In this document: piece after piece, positions 16,328 through 23,709 of the stretch
How the letters are laid out: every line of letters begins with the position of its first letter
How positions within the stretch are numbered: position 1 is the first letter of the stretch
Assembly (NCBI RefSeq): GCF_000021865.1
Contig: NC_014034.1
Location: forward strand, 630,001-662,000
DNA from: Rhodobacter capsulatus SB 1003
Lineage (GTDB): Bacteria; Pseudomonadota; Alphaproteobacteria; Rhodobacterales; Rhodobacteraceae
DNA: 32,000 nt
Reading direction: 5' to 3'
Made by a program: the position numbers and the translations under genes
Notes under the pieces: generated by a model
The model's input: only the letters and a program-made list of their open reading frames with translations
Database searches by the model: none
What the model was told of the DNA's origin: nothing

Positions 16328-16777
16328 ATGGCGGCAAAAGGACCCAAGATGCCCGAAGATACCCCGCCTGCCGATCTGACGACGATGCGCTTTTCCCGGG
16401 CCCGGGAGGCGCAGAGCATGGCGGTGCTGGAAGATTACGCCGAGATGATCGACGATCTGGCGCAGCAGCTGGGCGAGGCGCGGATCACCGACATTGCGGC
16501 GCGAATGGGGGTGACGCATCCGACGGCGACAAAGGCGGTGGCGCGGCTCAAGCGCGAGGGGCTGGCGGTGTCGCGGCCCTATCGCGGCGTGTTCCTGACC
16601 GAGCTTGGCGCCGAGATGGCGGCGCGGGTGCGGATGCGCCATCGCGTCGTGGTCGATCTGCTGATCGCCGTGGGGGTGCCCGCCGAGACCGCCGAGATCG
16701 ACGCCGAGGGGCTGGAGCATCATGTGTCGGAGGCGACGCTGAAGGCCTTCGAGGCCTATCTGGCGCGGCGGGGCTGA
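16328..16777 (+). CDS. mntR: DtxR/MntR-family manganese-responsive transcriptional regulator
   Basis: The product contains ...AVLEDYAEMIDDLAQQLGEARITDIAARMGVTHPTATKAVARLKREGLAVSRPYRGVFLTELG..., a DtxR-type wHTH plus dimerisation helix. An alternative start at ATG 16349 follows AAAGGA. Confidence 0.85.
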   Translation: MAAKGPKMPEDTPPADLTTMRFSRAREAQSMAVLEDYAEMIDDLAQQLGEARITDIAARMGVTHPTATKAVARLKREGLAVSRPYRGVFLTELGAEMAARVRMRHRVVVDLLIAVGVPAETAEIDAEGLEHHVSEATLKAFEAYLARRG

Positions 16778-16793
16778 CGTCCTGCGTTTGTTC

Positions 16794-16828
16794 GGGCGGA
16801 GAAGGAAAGGCATCGCCTTTCCCCGCCC
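16794..16828. terminator. Nested hairpin downstream of mntR
   Basis: GGGCGG...CCGCCC encloses AAAGGC-ATC-GCCTTT. No U-tract follows. Confidence 0.35.
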
Positions 16829-16873
16829 GTCACGATCCGGTGTCGCCAGGACCGTTTCCGCAAGTCTGACAGA

Positions 16874-16909
16874 GGCCAGCGCCCGCCATGGGCGGGGCGG
16901 GCGCTGGCC
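16874..16909. repeat. Perfect 14-bp GC-rich inverted repeat in the mntR/hydrolase convergent spacer
   Basis: GGCCAGCGCCCGCC (16874-16887) pairs with GGCGGGCGCTGGCC (16896-16909) around an 8-nt loop. Confidence 0.6.
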
Positions 16910-16985
16910 GAGTGCCTGATGCACTCGGCGTCCAGGGGGCATCTGGCGCGCCTGGCCTCGGCGATGGCCTTGGCCAAGGGATGCG

Positions 16986-18470
16986 TCACGGGCTGAACAG
17001 CGGGAAGCAGACGCCCAGCACCCAGGCCAGACACAGCCCAAGCCCAAGGCCCGCCACCGTCGCCCCGGAGCGCCGCGCGATCCAGCGGCCCATCAGCCCG
17101 TGGACAAAGAAGAACAGCAGCAAAAGCGGCAGCGCGATCAGAAGGAACATCAGCCGGTCGAAATCCAGTGCGGCAGCCAAGGCAAACGAGCCGAACAGGA
17201 ACACCCGCCCGACAATCCGCCGCCAAAGCGCGGCATGCCCGGCCTCGGTCAGCTGCGCATCGGCGATCAGCGCGGGCACGGTGCCAAAGGCCAGAACCGC
17301 GATCAGCACCAGCCGCTCGGGCGAGGGCCAGTAGCTGGCGGCGTAGCGATCGAGCGCCAGGCCGAAGGCGCCCAGCCCCCAGATCAGGAACAGCCCCACC
17401 GGCAGCAGCGACAGCCCGGCGCGCAGATGCCGCCAGCCGCGCAGAAGCGTGATCTGCAAAAGCCCGTAACAGGCCAGATGCACCATCAGGTAATCGGCGA
17501 CCAGAACCGGCAGGAAATCGATGCGAAACCGTGTCAGCACCACGGGCACGATCAGCGCGGGCAGGATCGCGGCGAGCAGGAACCGCCCGACCGGCACCGG
17601 CGCGGGATCGGCGCGTTTGGGCTGCAGCACCGCCAGCGGATGCACCGCCAGAACAAGGCCGATCAGCAGCACCAGGATCCAGACCCCCATCGACGAGACC
17701 GCGCCGCCGGACATGCGGGCATAGGTGGCGTCAAGCCAGTCCCGCGCCGCCACGACCGCGGTCGGGCTGTAGAGCACGCCCACATGTTCCACATGCGGGG
17801 CGACGACGGCCATCCGCGCGACCGGACCGGCGCTGGCCAGTTCGCCCTCGCCCTTGCCCGGGTCGACCTGATGCAGATATTCAAGCGCGAAGCCGCGCAG
17901 GCCCCCCTCCCATTCGCCCGAGATCACCAGAAGCCGCGGCGGTTCCGTGGCCGTGACCGCCTGCGAAAACATCGAGATCGCCACCACGGCATCGACCGGA
18001 TGCCCGGCCGCGGCCTCCTGTCGGGCGGCGCGGACCAGAATGTCGGTCGCCATCGAATGACCCAGAAGCGAGACGCCGGGGGCGCCGGGCAGGGCGCGGG
18101 CGGCCGCGATCACCCGGCGGACCTCGGCCACCAGAAACACCGTCGTGCCGTCGATCTTCGTCACGTCGCCGCGCATCGGCTGCGGATTGCGGCCGTGCCC
18201 CTCGCTGTCGAAGGCCAGGACGCGATAGCCCGCCTGCGCCAGCCGCAGCGCATAGGCCTGCATGATCTGCCGCGATCCGGCGAAACCATGCGCGATGACG
18301 ACGGCGGGGCCGGTCGCGCCGGGCTGTTCGTAAAGCGTCACCGGGGTCGTGCCGACCGTGAAATCGGTGATGGCAAGCCCGGCCCGGTCGCGCTCCAGCA
18401 TGAAGACCGAGCTCAGGATCAGGACAAGGGCAAGCGCGAAAGTGGCCAGATGGCGGAGGGGATGACGCAA
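16986..18470 (-). CDS. Alpha/beta-hydrolase domain fused to a C-terminal polytopic membrane domain
   Basis: It has an N-terminal TM helix (LATFALALVLILSSVF), an oxyanion-type HGFAGS, and a nucleophile elbow LLGHSMAT. The remaining roughly 250 aa are hydrophobic helices (VWILVLLIGLVLAV..., LLAAILPALIVPVVL..., LLLLFFFVHGL...). I prefer the TTG 18470 start, which follows GAGG. The track start is TTG 18512. Confidence 0.68.
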   Translation of the reverse strand: MRHPLRHLATFALALVLILSSVFMLERDRAGLAITDFTVGTTPVTLYEQPGATGPAVVIAHGFAGSRQIMQAYALRLAQAGYRVLAFDSEGHGRNPQPMRGDVTKIDGTTVFLVAEVRRVIAAARALPGAPGVSLLGHSMATDILVRAARQEAAAGHPVDAVVAISMFSQAVTATEPPRLLVISGEWEGGLRGFALEYLHQVDPGKGEGELASAGPVARMAVVAPHVEHVGVLYSPTAVVAARDWLDATYARMSGGAVSSMGVWILVLLIGLVLAVHPLAVLQPKRADPAPVPVGRFLLAAILPALIVPVVLTRFRIDFLPVLVADYLMVHLACYGLLQITLLRGWRHLRAGLSLLPVGLFLIWGLGAFGLALDRYAASYWPSPERLVLIAVLAFGTVPALIADAQLTEAGHAALWRRIVGRVFLFGSFALAAALDFDRLMFLLIALPLLLLFFFVHGLMGRWIARRSGATVAGLGLGLCLAWVLGVCFPLFSP

Positions 18471-18555
18471 CGGGAACCTCGGGACAGACGGATGCCGCTT
18501 AATGTGCGGCAAGATCCGCCCGGATCAAGGCGACTGATGGCCCCGAAAGTGCGAT

Positions 18556-18577
18556 GCCCCGACCGGAGGATCGGGGC
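18556..18577 (-). terminator. Hairpin between terC and the hydrolase gene
   Basis: On the minus strand GCCCCGA-tcctccgg-TCGGGGC is followed by ATCGCACTTTCGG, a weak U-tract. It may allow partial read-through into the hydrolase gene. Confidence 0.35.
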
Positions 18578-18615
18578 ACCGCGTTCGCAGTTTTGGAGGA
18601 TTGACGGGGACGTCG

Positions 18616-19605
18616 TCATTCAGCCGGATGAGCCGGCCCTCTCGCTGTGCCCGTCTTCCACAGCGAGAAAAGGATGCCTGCGGCAAGGATCGCGAAGGTG
18701 ATGCCAAGCGACCAGGCCGGAGGGAATTTTTCCCAACCCAGCGCCGCGGCCACGAAGACCTTGGAGCCGATGAACACCAGAAGCACCGAGAGCGCGTATT
18801 TCAGATAGGCGAAGCGGGCGAGGATCGCGGAAAGCGCGAAGTAAAGCGCCCGCAGGCCGAGGATCGCGAAGATGTTCGAGGTGTAGACGATGTAGGGATC
18901 GGTGGTGATGGTGAAGACCGCGGGGACAGAGTCGACGGCAAAGACGAGATCGGCCAGCTCGATCATCACCAGCGCCAGGAACAGCGGCGTCGCATGGCGC
19001 ACCAGACGGCCGGTTTTCGTGTCGGGCTCGGTGACGAAGAAGGCATGGCCGCGCGGACCGTCCGTCACCCGCAGGCGGCGGCGCAGGAAGCGGATCAGCC
19101 CGTTTTCGGTGATCTCGTGCTCCTTGTCGGCCGAAAACAGCATCTTGATGCCGGTCACGATCAGGAAGGCGGCGAAGACGTAAAGCAGCCAGTGGTATTC
19201 GGCGACCAGCGTCGCGCCAAGGCCGATCATCAGCCCGCGCAGCACGATCACGCCCAGAATGCCCCAGAACAGCACCCGGCGCTGATATTGCCGCGGCACG
19301 GCGAAGAAGCCGAAGATCAGCGCGATCACGAAGATGTTGTCGATCGAGAGCGATTTCTCGACCACGAAGGCGGTCAGATATTGCGCCGTCGCGGTGGCGC
19401 CCATCTGCCAGAAGACGAAGCCCGCAAAGCCGAGGCCAAGCGCGATATACATCGCCGAAAGCTTCAGGCTTTCGGCGATGCCGATTTCGTGATCGTCCTT
19501 GTTCAGCACGCCCAGATCAAGCGCGAGAAGGGTCAGGACAAGACTGACGAAAACCAGCCACATCCACAGCGGCTGGCCAAGAAAAGACAGAAAGACGAGT
19601 TCCAC
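18616..19605 (-). CDS. TerC/Alx-family integral membrane protein (putative metal, possibly Mn, exporter family)
   Basis: Motifs include FVVEKSLSIDNIFVIALIF and LVMIELADLVFAVDSVPAVF...YTSNIFAILGLRALYF. GTG 19605 lies 7 nt after AAGAGG. An in-frame ATG at 19704 would add 33 aa but has no SD. Confidence 0.85.
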   Translation of the reverse strand: MELVFLSFLGQPLWMWLVFVSLVLTLLALDLGVLNKDDHEIGIAESLKLSAMYIALGLGFAGFVFWQMGATATAQYLTAFVVEKSLSIDNIFVIALIFGFFAVPRQYQRRVLFWGILGVIVLRGLMIGLGATLVAEYHWLLYVFAAFLIVTGIKMLFSADKEHEITENGLIRFLRRRLRVTDGPRGHAFFVTEPDTKTGRLVRHATPLFLALVMIELADLVFAVDSVPAVFTITTDPYIVYTSNIFAILGLRALYFALSAILARFAYLKYALSVLLVFIGSKVFVAAALGWEKFPPAWSLGITFAILAAGILFSLWKTGTARGPAHPAE

Positions 19606-19606
19606 G

Positions 19607-19643
19607 GGGCGACCTCTTGCGGTTTGCCGCCGTCTGGTCGCCC
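19607..19643 (-). promoter_or_regulatory. Leader hairpin overlapping the terC Shine-Dalgarno
   Basis: On the minus strand GGGCGACC (19643-19636) pairs with GGTCGCCC (19614-19607) around a 21-nt loop. The 3' arm covers the last two G of AAGAGG and ends 1 nt before the GTG. Confidence 0.4.
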
Positions 19644-19935
19644 GGCTGATGACAGACCATCTGCCGGGCACGACCATCGAGCGGGTGTCGATGCGGTCCG
19701 ACATCACGTGGAAGCTTGGAGGAACTTCCGACGCCAGAGGGGCCCGGCCCGCTCCTCCTATTTTGGGCAGGGCAAGCAGGAGTTCAACCCCCCGGGTGCG
19801 ACATTTTTTCCATTTTTTCGCCGGACGGTTTTCGGGCGACGCCGGGGCAGGTACGAATCCGGTGGCGCATGCCGCCACGCAGCGTTAAGAAGCCAAGGCC
19901 GGAGATCACGTTCCGGTGACCCGAGTCACAACTGC

Positions 19936-21849
19936 ATGACCAAAAACGAATCCGAGATCCCCGAGCAGGGAGATCGCAGCCAGAGCCACGCCAAGACGGG
20001 ACTCGCGCTGACCTCCCTCGCCGCGATCGGTGTCGTCTATGGCGATATCGGCACCTCTCCGCTTTACGCCTATCGCGAAGCGATGGTGGCGTCGGGCGCG
20101 CATGGCGGCGGCGTCGACCCCGAACATGTGCTGGGCGTGCTCTCCGTCATCACCTGGGCGCTGATCATCGTCGTCACGATCAAATATGTCATCATCCTGA
20201 TGATGGCCGACAATGACGGCGAGGGCGGGACCTTCTCGCTGCTGGCGCTGGTGCAGCGCGCGATGGGGCGGCCGACGCCGATCGTGCTGGCGCTGGGCAT
20301 GCTGGGGGCGGGGCTGTTTTACGGCGATGCCGCGGTGACGCCCGCGGTCTCGGTTCTGGGCGCGATCGAGGGGCTGAAGCTGGTCACCCCCGCCTTCGAG
20401 CCCTTCATCGTGCCCTTGGCCGTCGTCATCATCGTGTTTCTCTTCGTGTTTCAAAGCAAGGGCACCTCGGCCGTGGCGAAATTCTTCGGCCCGGTGATGA
20501 TGGTCTGGTTCACCGCGCTGGCGGTGGGCGGCTTCATGAACCTCATTCAGGCGCCGGTGGTGCTTGAAGCGCTCAATCCGGTGCGCGCGGCGGAACTGGT
20601 GATGTCGAACGGCCCGCTCGGCCTTGCGATTCTGGGCGCGGCCTTTCTTGCGGTGACCGGGGCCGAGGCGCTTTATGCCGATCTGGGCCATTTCGGCCGC
20701 CGTCCGATCCAGGTGTCCTGGCTTTTCGTCGTGATGCCGGCGCTGCTTCTGAACTACTACGGGCAGGGCGCGCTTTTGATGACCAATCCCGGCGCGATCG
20801 AGAACCCGTTCTTCCGGCTTTATCCCGAATGGGCGCTTTTGCCGATGATCGTCCTGGCGGCCGCGGCGACGGTGATCGCCAGCCAGGCGGTGATTTCGGG
20901 CGCCTATTCGCTGACCCAGCAGGGCGTGCAGCTGAAGCTGATCCCGCGGCTGCGGATCCGGCAGACCTCGGAGACCCAGCAGGGGCAGATCTACATGCCC
21001 GAGGTGAACTTCTGGCTGATGCTGGGCGTTCTGATGCTGATTGTCGTCTTCGGCTCCTCCTCGGCGCTGGCGGCGGCCTACGGGATCTCGGTCACCGGCG
21101 AGATGTGCATCACCTCGATCCTGGTGATGGTGGTGGCGCGCAAGCTGTGGAAGATGCCGCTGGTGCTGGCGATCGGCATGATGGTGCCGTTCCTTGCGCT
21201 GGATCTGGTGTTCTTCGGCGCCAATTCGATGAAGATCTTCTCGGGCGGGTATGTCTCGCTGGCGATTGCCGGGGGCATGATCCTGCTGATGTGGACCTGG
21301 CGGCGCGGCGCGGCGATCATCCTCAAGCTCGAACGCGAAAACGACGTGCCGCTGGACATGATCTTCCGGCAGATGGATTCGAAATCGATCTCGACCGTGC
21401 CGGGAACGGCCATCTATCTGACCGGCACGCCCGACATGGTGCCCGCGGCGATGCTGCACAGCCTCAAGCATTTCAAGGCGCTGCACGAGCATATCGTGAT
21501 CCTGACCATCGTCACCGAGGATGTGCCGCGCGTCGCCCCGGAAGACCGGGTCAACATGGAAGAGCTGAACGAGCGCTTCCGCCGGGTGGAGCTGCGCTTC
21601 GGCTATGCCGAGGAACCCGACGTGCCGAAGGCGCTTTTGCAATGCCGCAAGCTGGGCTGGAAGTTCGACATCATGGCGACCTCCTTCATCCTGTCACAGC
21701 GCTCGCTGAAACTGTCGGGGCAGCGGCGGATGCCCGCCTGGCAAAGCCTGTTCTTCTTCTACCTTGCCCGCAACGCGACGCGGTCGTCGGATTACTTCCG
21801 CATCCCGGCCTCGCGCGTGGTGGAACTGGGCACGCTCGTGAACGTGTGA
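19936..21849 (+). CDS. kup: KUP-family potassium uptake transporter
   Basis: The ATG at 19936 gives MTKNESEIPEQ... and the signature LAAIGVVYGDIGTSPLYAY, for a 637-aa product. The upstream 445 codons of the track ORF are antisense to terC. Confidence 0.92.
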   Translation: MTKNESEIPEQGDRSQSHAKTGLALTSLAAIGVVYGDIGTSPLYAYREAMVASGAHGGGVDPEHVLGVLSVITWALIIVVTIKYVIILMMADNDGEGGTFSLLALVQRAMGRPTPIVLALGMLGAGLFYGDAAVTPAVSVLGAIEGLKLVTPAFEPFIVPLAVVIIVFLFVFQSKGTSAVAKFFGPVMMVWFTALAVGGFMNLIQAPVVLEALNPVRAAELVMSNGPLGLAILGAAFLAVTGAEALYADLGHFGRRPIQVSWLFVVMPALLLNYYGQGALLMTNPGAIENPFFRLYPEWALLPMIVLAAAATVIASQAVISGAYSLTQQGVQLKLIPRLRIRQTSETQQGQIYMPEVNFWLMLGVLMLIVVFGSSSALAAAYGISVTGEMCITSILVMVVARKLWKMPLVLAIGMMVPFLALDLVFFGANSMKIFSGGYVSLAIAGGMILLMWTWRRGAAIILKLERENDVPLDMIFRQMDSKSISTVPGTAIYLTGTPDMVPAAMLHSLKHFKALHEHIVILTIVTEDVPRVAPEDRVNMEELNERFRRVELRFGYAEEPDVPKALLQCRKLGWKFDIMATSFILSQRSLKLSGQRRMPAWQSLFFFYLARNATRSSDYFRIPASRVVELGTLVNV

Positions 21850-21852
21850 TGC

Positions 21853-21897
21853 GACCGCCCCCCGGGCCCGGCAGATCCCGGGTTGACGGGGGCGGTC
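21853..21897 (+). terminator. Compound GC-rich stem-loop downstream of kup
   Basis: GACCGCCCCC (21853-21862) pairs with GGGGGCGGTC (21888-21897), and the interior can also pair (CCGGG/CCCGG). There is no strong U-tract. Confidence 0.4.
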
Positions 21898-21976
21898 AAA
21901 TCCATTCTAACGCCCGCGGTCGATGGCGCCTCGCGCCAGGCGACCTGCCCGGTGCACCGCCTCTGGAGAGATTCCC

Positions 21977-22432
21977 GTGACCTCGCGTCTTGCGCTTGCC
22001 CTGATCACCGTCACTGCGCTGTCGGCCTGCGGGTCGAACAGTTCGTTCCGGCTTTATCCGCTGAGCGGGCCGATCGCCGAGCAGAACCCCTCGACGGCGA
22101 TTCCGATCTCGATCACCGAGGACAGCGAGACCTCGGGGCAGATCTGGTTCAAGCTGCCGAAGCCGAACAAGACCAAATGCAGCGGCACCTGGTCGAGCGT
22201 GCAGCCGCGGGTGAAGACGCATGAACGCGGCCTGTCGCTGAAGCTCAAGGATCTGGGCGGCAGCTACAAGAATTCGACCGAGGATGTCGGCGGCGTCAAC
22301 ACCGGCGAGGTCTATGCCGTGTGCAAGGACGGCACCCGGCTGCAGGGGACCTTCATCATGGGCTCGGGCACGCAAAGCGGCACCGGCACGGTGACCGACA
22401 CGCTTGGCAACAGCTACAAGCTGCTGTTCTGA
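21977..22432 (+). CDS. Small lipoprotein of unknown function
   Basis: GTG 21977 lies 7 nt after GGAGAG. The signal peptide plus lipobox is VTSRLALALITVTALSAC|GS. The mature part is Ser/Thr/Gly/Lys-rich, and I recognise no family. Confidence 0.65.
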   Translation: MTSRLALALITVTALSACGSNSSFRLYPLSGPIAEQNPSTAIPISITEDSETSGQIWFKLPKPNKTKCSGTWSSVQPRVKTHERGLSLKLKDLGGSYKNSTEDVGGVNTGEVYAVCKDGTRLQGTFIMGSGTQSGTGTVTDTLGNSYKLLF

Positions 22433-22651
22433 GCCGCGCCTTGGGGGAAACCGTGATCCGGCCCTCGCGGCGGGATTGTTTTGAAAACCCGAAACGAATC
22501 AGTGCAAAACCTGCAAACTCTGCTATGCAGGGTGGAGCGAAGTTCTTCTGACCGCACCCTGTCTCCTTCATCGGCTTCAGTCTGCTTTTAGTCACGACCA
22601 AGCCGAGCTGCCGCATTCCGTGGGCAGCATTCCCATGAAGGAGTGATCACG

Positions 22652-22858
22652 ATGGCCAATGGCACCGTGAAGTTTTTCAACCAGAACAAAGGTTTCGGTT
22701 TCATCGAGCCGGAAGGTGGCGCGCAGGACGTGTTCGTGCACATCTCGGCCGTGGAACGGGCCGGGATCTCGCGTCTCGTCGATGGCGCCAAGGTGACCTT
22801 CCAGATCGAATCCGGCCGCGATGGCCGCAAGTCGGCCTGCGACCTGGCTCTGGTCTGA
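22652..22858 (+). CDS. cspA: Cold-shock domain protein (CspA family)
   Basis: MANGTVKFFNQNKGFGFIEPEGGAQDVFVHISAV carries RNP1 KGFGFI and RNP2 VFVHI. AAGGAG at 22638-22643 lies 8 nt before the ATG. Confidence 0.93.
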   Translation: MANGTVKFFNQNKGFGFIEPEGGAQDVFVHISAVERAGISRLVDGAKVTFQIESGRDGRKSACDLALV

Positions 22859-22882
22859 TCCGCAGCGATTGCGGCGACAGCC

Positions 22883-23089
22883 ATGTCCCCCCCACGCAAG
22901 TCTCCGTCTCCCGGCCTGTTCCGGGAGATGCCCCTTGCGCCGCAGACGCTGCATGACAAGACGGCAGCCGCGGCGAAACTGATCATCGAGACGGAAGCCG
23001 TGAAGCGCGCGGATCGCACTGCCGCGCTCAAGGCGGCCCGTCTTGCGCGCGATGCGGCGGCCCTGCCGGACGCGAAGCCCGCCCGATGA
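22883..23089 (+). CDS. Small hypothetical protein (Ala/Lys/Arg-rich helical C-terminus)
   Basis: It starts 24 nt after the cspA stop and has a high proportion of G/C third positions. The segment ...TLHDKTAAAAKLIIETEAVKRADRTAALKAARLARDAA resembles small conserved alphaproteobacterial hypotheticals I recall. An internal ATG at 22928 is an alternative start. Confidence 0.45.
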   Translation: MSPPRKSPSPGLFREMPLAPQTLHDKTAAAAKLIIETEAVKRADRTAALKAARLARDAAALPDAKPAR

Positions 23090-23457
23090 CCCCCTTGCCG
23101 TCCCGGGAAGCCCCGGCGCGGCGGAAAGACCTGAATGACGCATTCCCGATCTGCCCTGGGCCCCGCGCCCATGGCCTCGTTCCCGCGCAGCCACCCGGCC
23201 CAGACCGGCCTTGGCTGGCGGGACTTTTTCGAACGCCTGGGGCAGGGCACGCTGCCGCAAGGCCCGCGGCGGTCCGACCGTCCGGCGCCCGATCCGATCC
23301 GGTCCTTCAACGGACAGGCGATCCGACCCGTTTCCCGGTGACGGTATCGAGGCGGGGGCGGCGCTGCCGCCTCCTGCTTCTGCCGGGTTTCTCACCGGGA
23401 GGGGAAGCGGCGCAGCCCCTGCGCGGCTTCCGCCCTTTCATCGCAAGGAGTTTGACC

Positions 23458-23634
23458 ATGGGCTATTCCACCCCGAAGAAACAACTGGATCTGAAGGAAT
23501 TTCTGGCGCAGCCGGCAAAGAAGCCGGCCTATCGCAACGGTCTTTCCTTCCGCAAGCTCGGCACGCAGGCGCGCGGCAGCACCGTGCCCGCCGCGACGGC
23601 GCCGAAGGCCGCGGACGGCGCGCAGGAGAGCTGA
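23458..23634 (+). CDS. 58-aa basic hypothetical protein
   Basis: AAGGAG lies 8 nt upstream of ATG 23458. The product is MGYSTPKKQLDLKEFLAQPAKKPAYRNGLSFRKLGTQ.... I recognise no family. It is the 3' part of the 182-aa track ORF. Confidence 0.55.
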   Translation: MGYSTPKKQLDLKEFLAQPAKKPAYRNGLSFRKLGTQARGSTVPAATAPKAADGAQES

Positions 23635-23709
23635 CGCCCCGCCCCGGTGACAGAGCGGGGTGCTTGTGCCTGCGGCCCGGCCATGCAAGGCTTGCCGCAG
23701 GAGGGCCCC

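Noticed and set aside
18601-19935. N-terminal 445 codons of the 1082-aa + ORF (18601..21849), and the 578-aa antisense ORF 19906..21642.
   Set aside because: The first is antisense to terC with a charged, low-complexity translation, and Kup homology begins at ATG 19936. The second is antisense to kup.
19606-19935. yybP-ykoY manganese riboswitch upstream of the TerC-family gene.
   Set aside because: It would be expected biologically. However, I could not find the conserved GGGGAGUAG or UUGACAUA cores on the minus strand when reading the reverse complement. I have kept the region as a finding for an unknown leader instead. An Infernal scan would be decisive.
22588-23395. Minus-strand ORFs of 240 and 267 aa spanning cspA.
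   Set aside because: They are antisense to the unambiguous cold-shock gene and their translations are Arg/Gly-rich artefacts.
23086-23457. Treating the whole 182-aa ORF 23086..23634 as one gene.
   Set aside because: Third-position GC drops in the middle of this frame, and the translation is Pro/Arg/Gly-rich. A perfect AAGGAG-N8-ATG at 23458 marks an internal start, so only the 58-aa C-terminal ORF is annotated.
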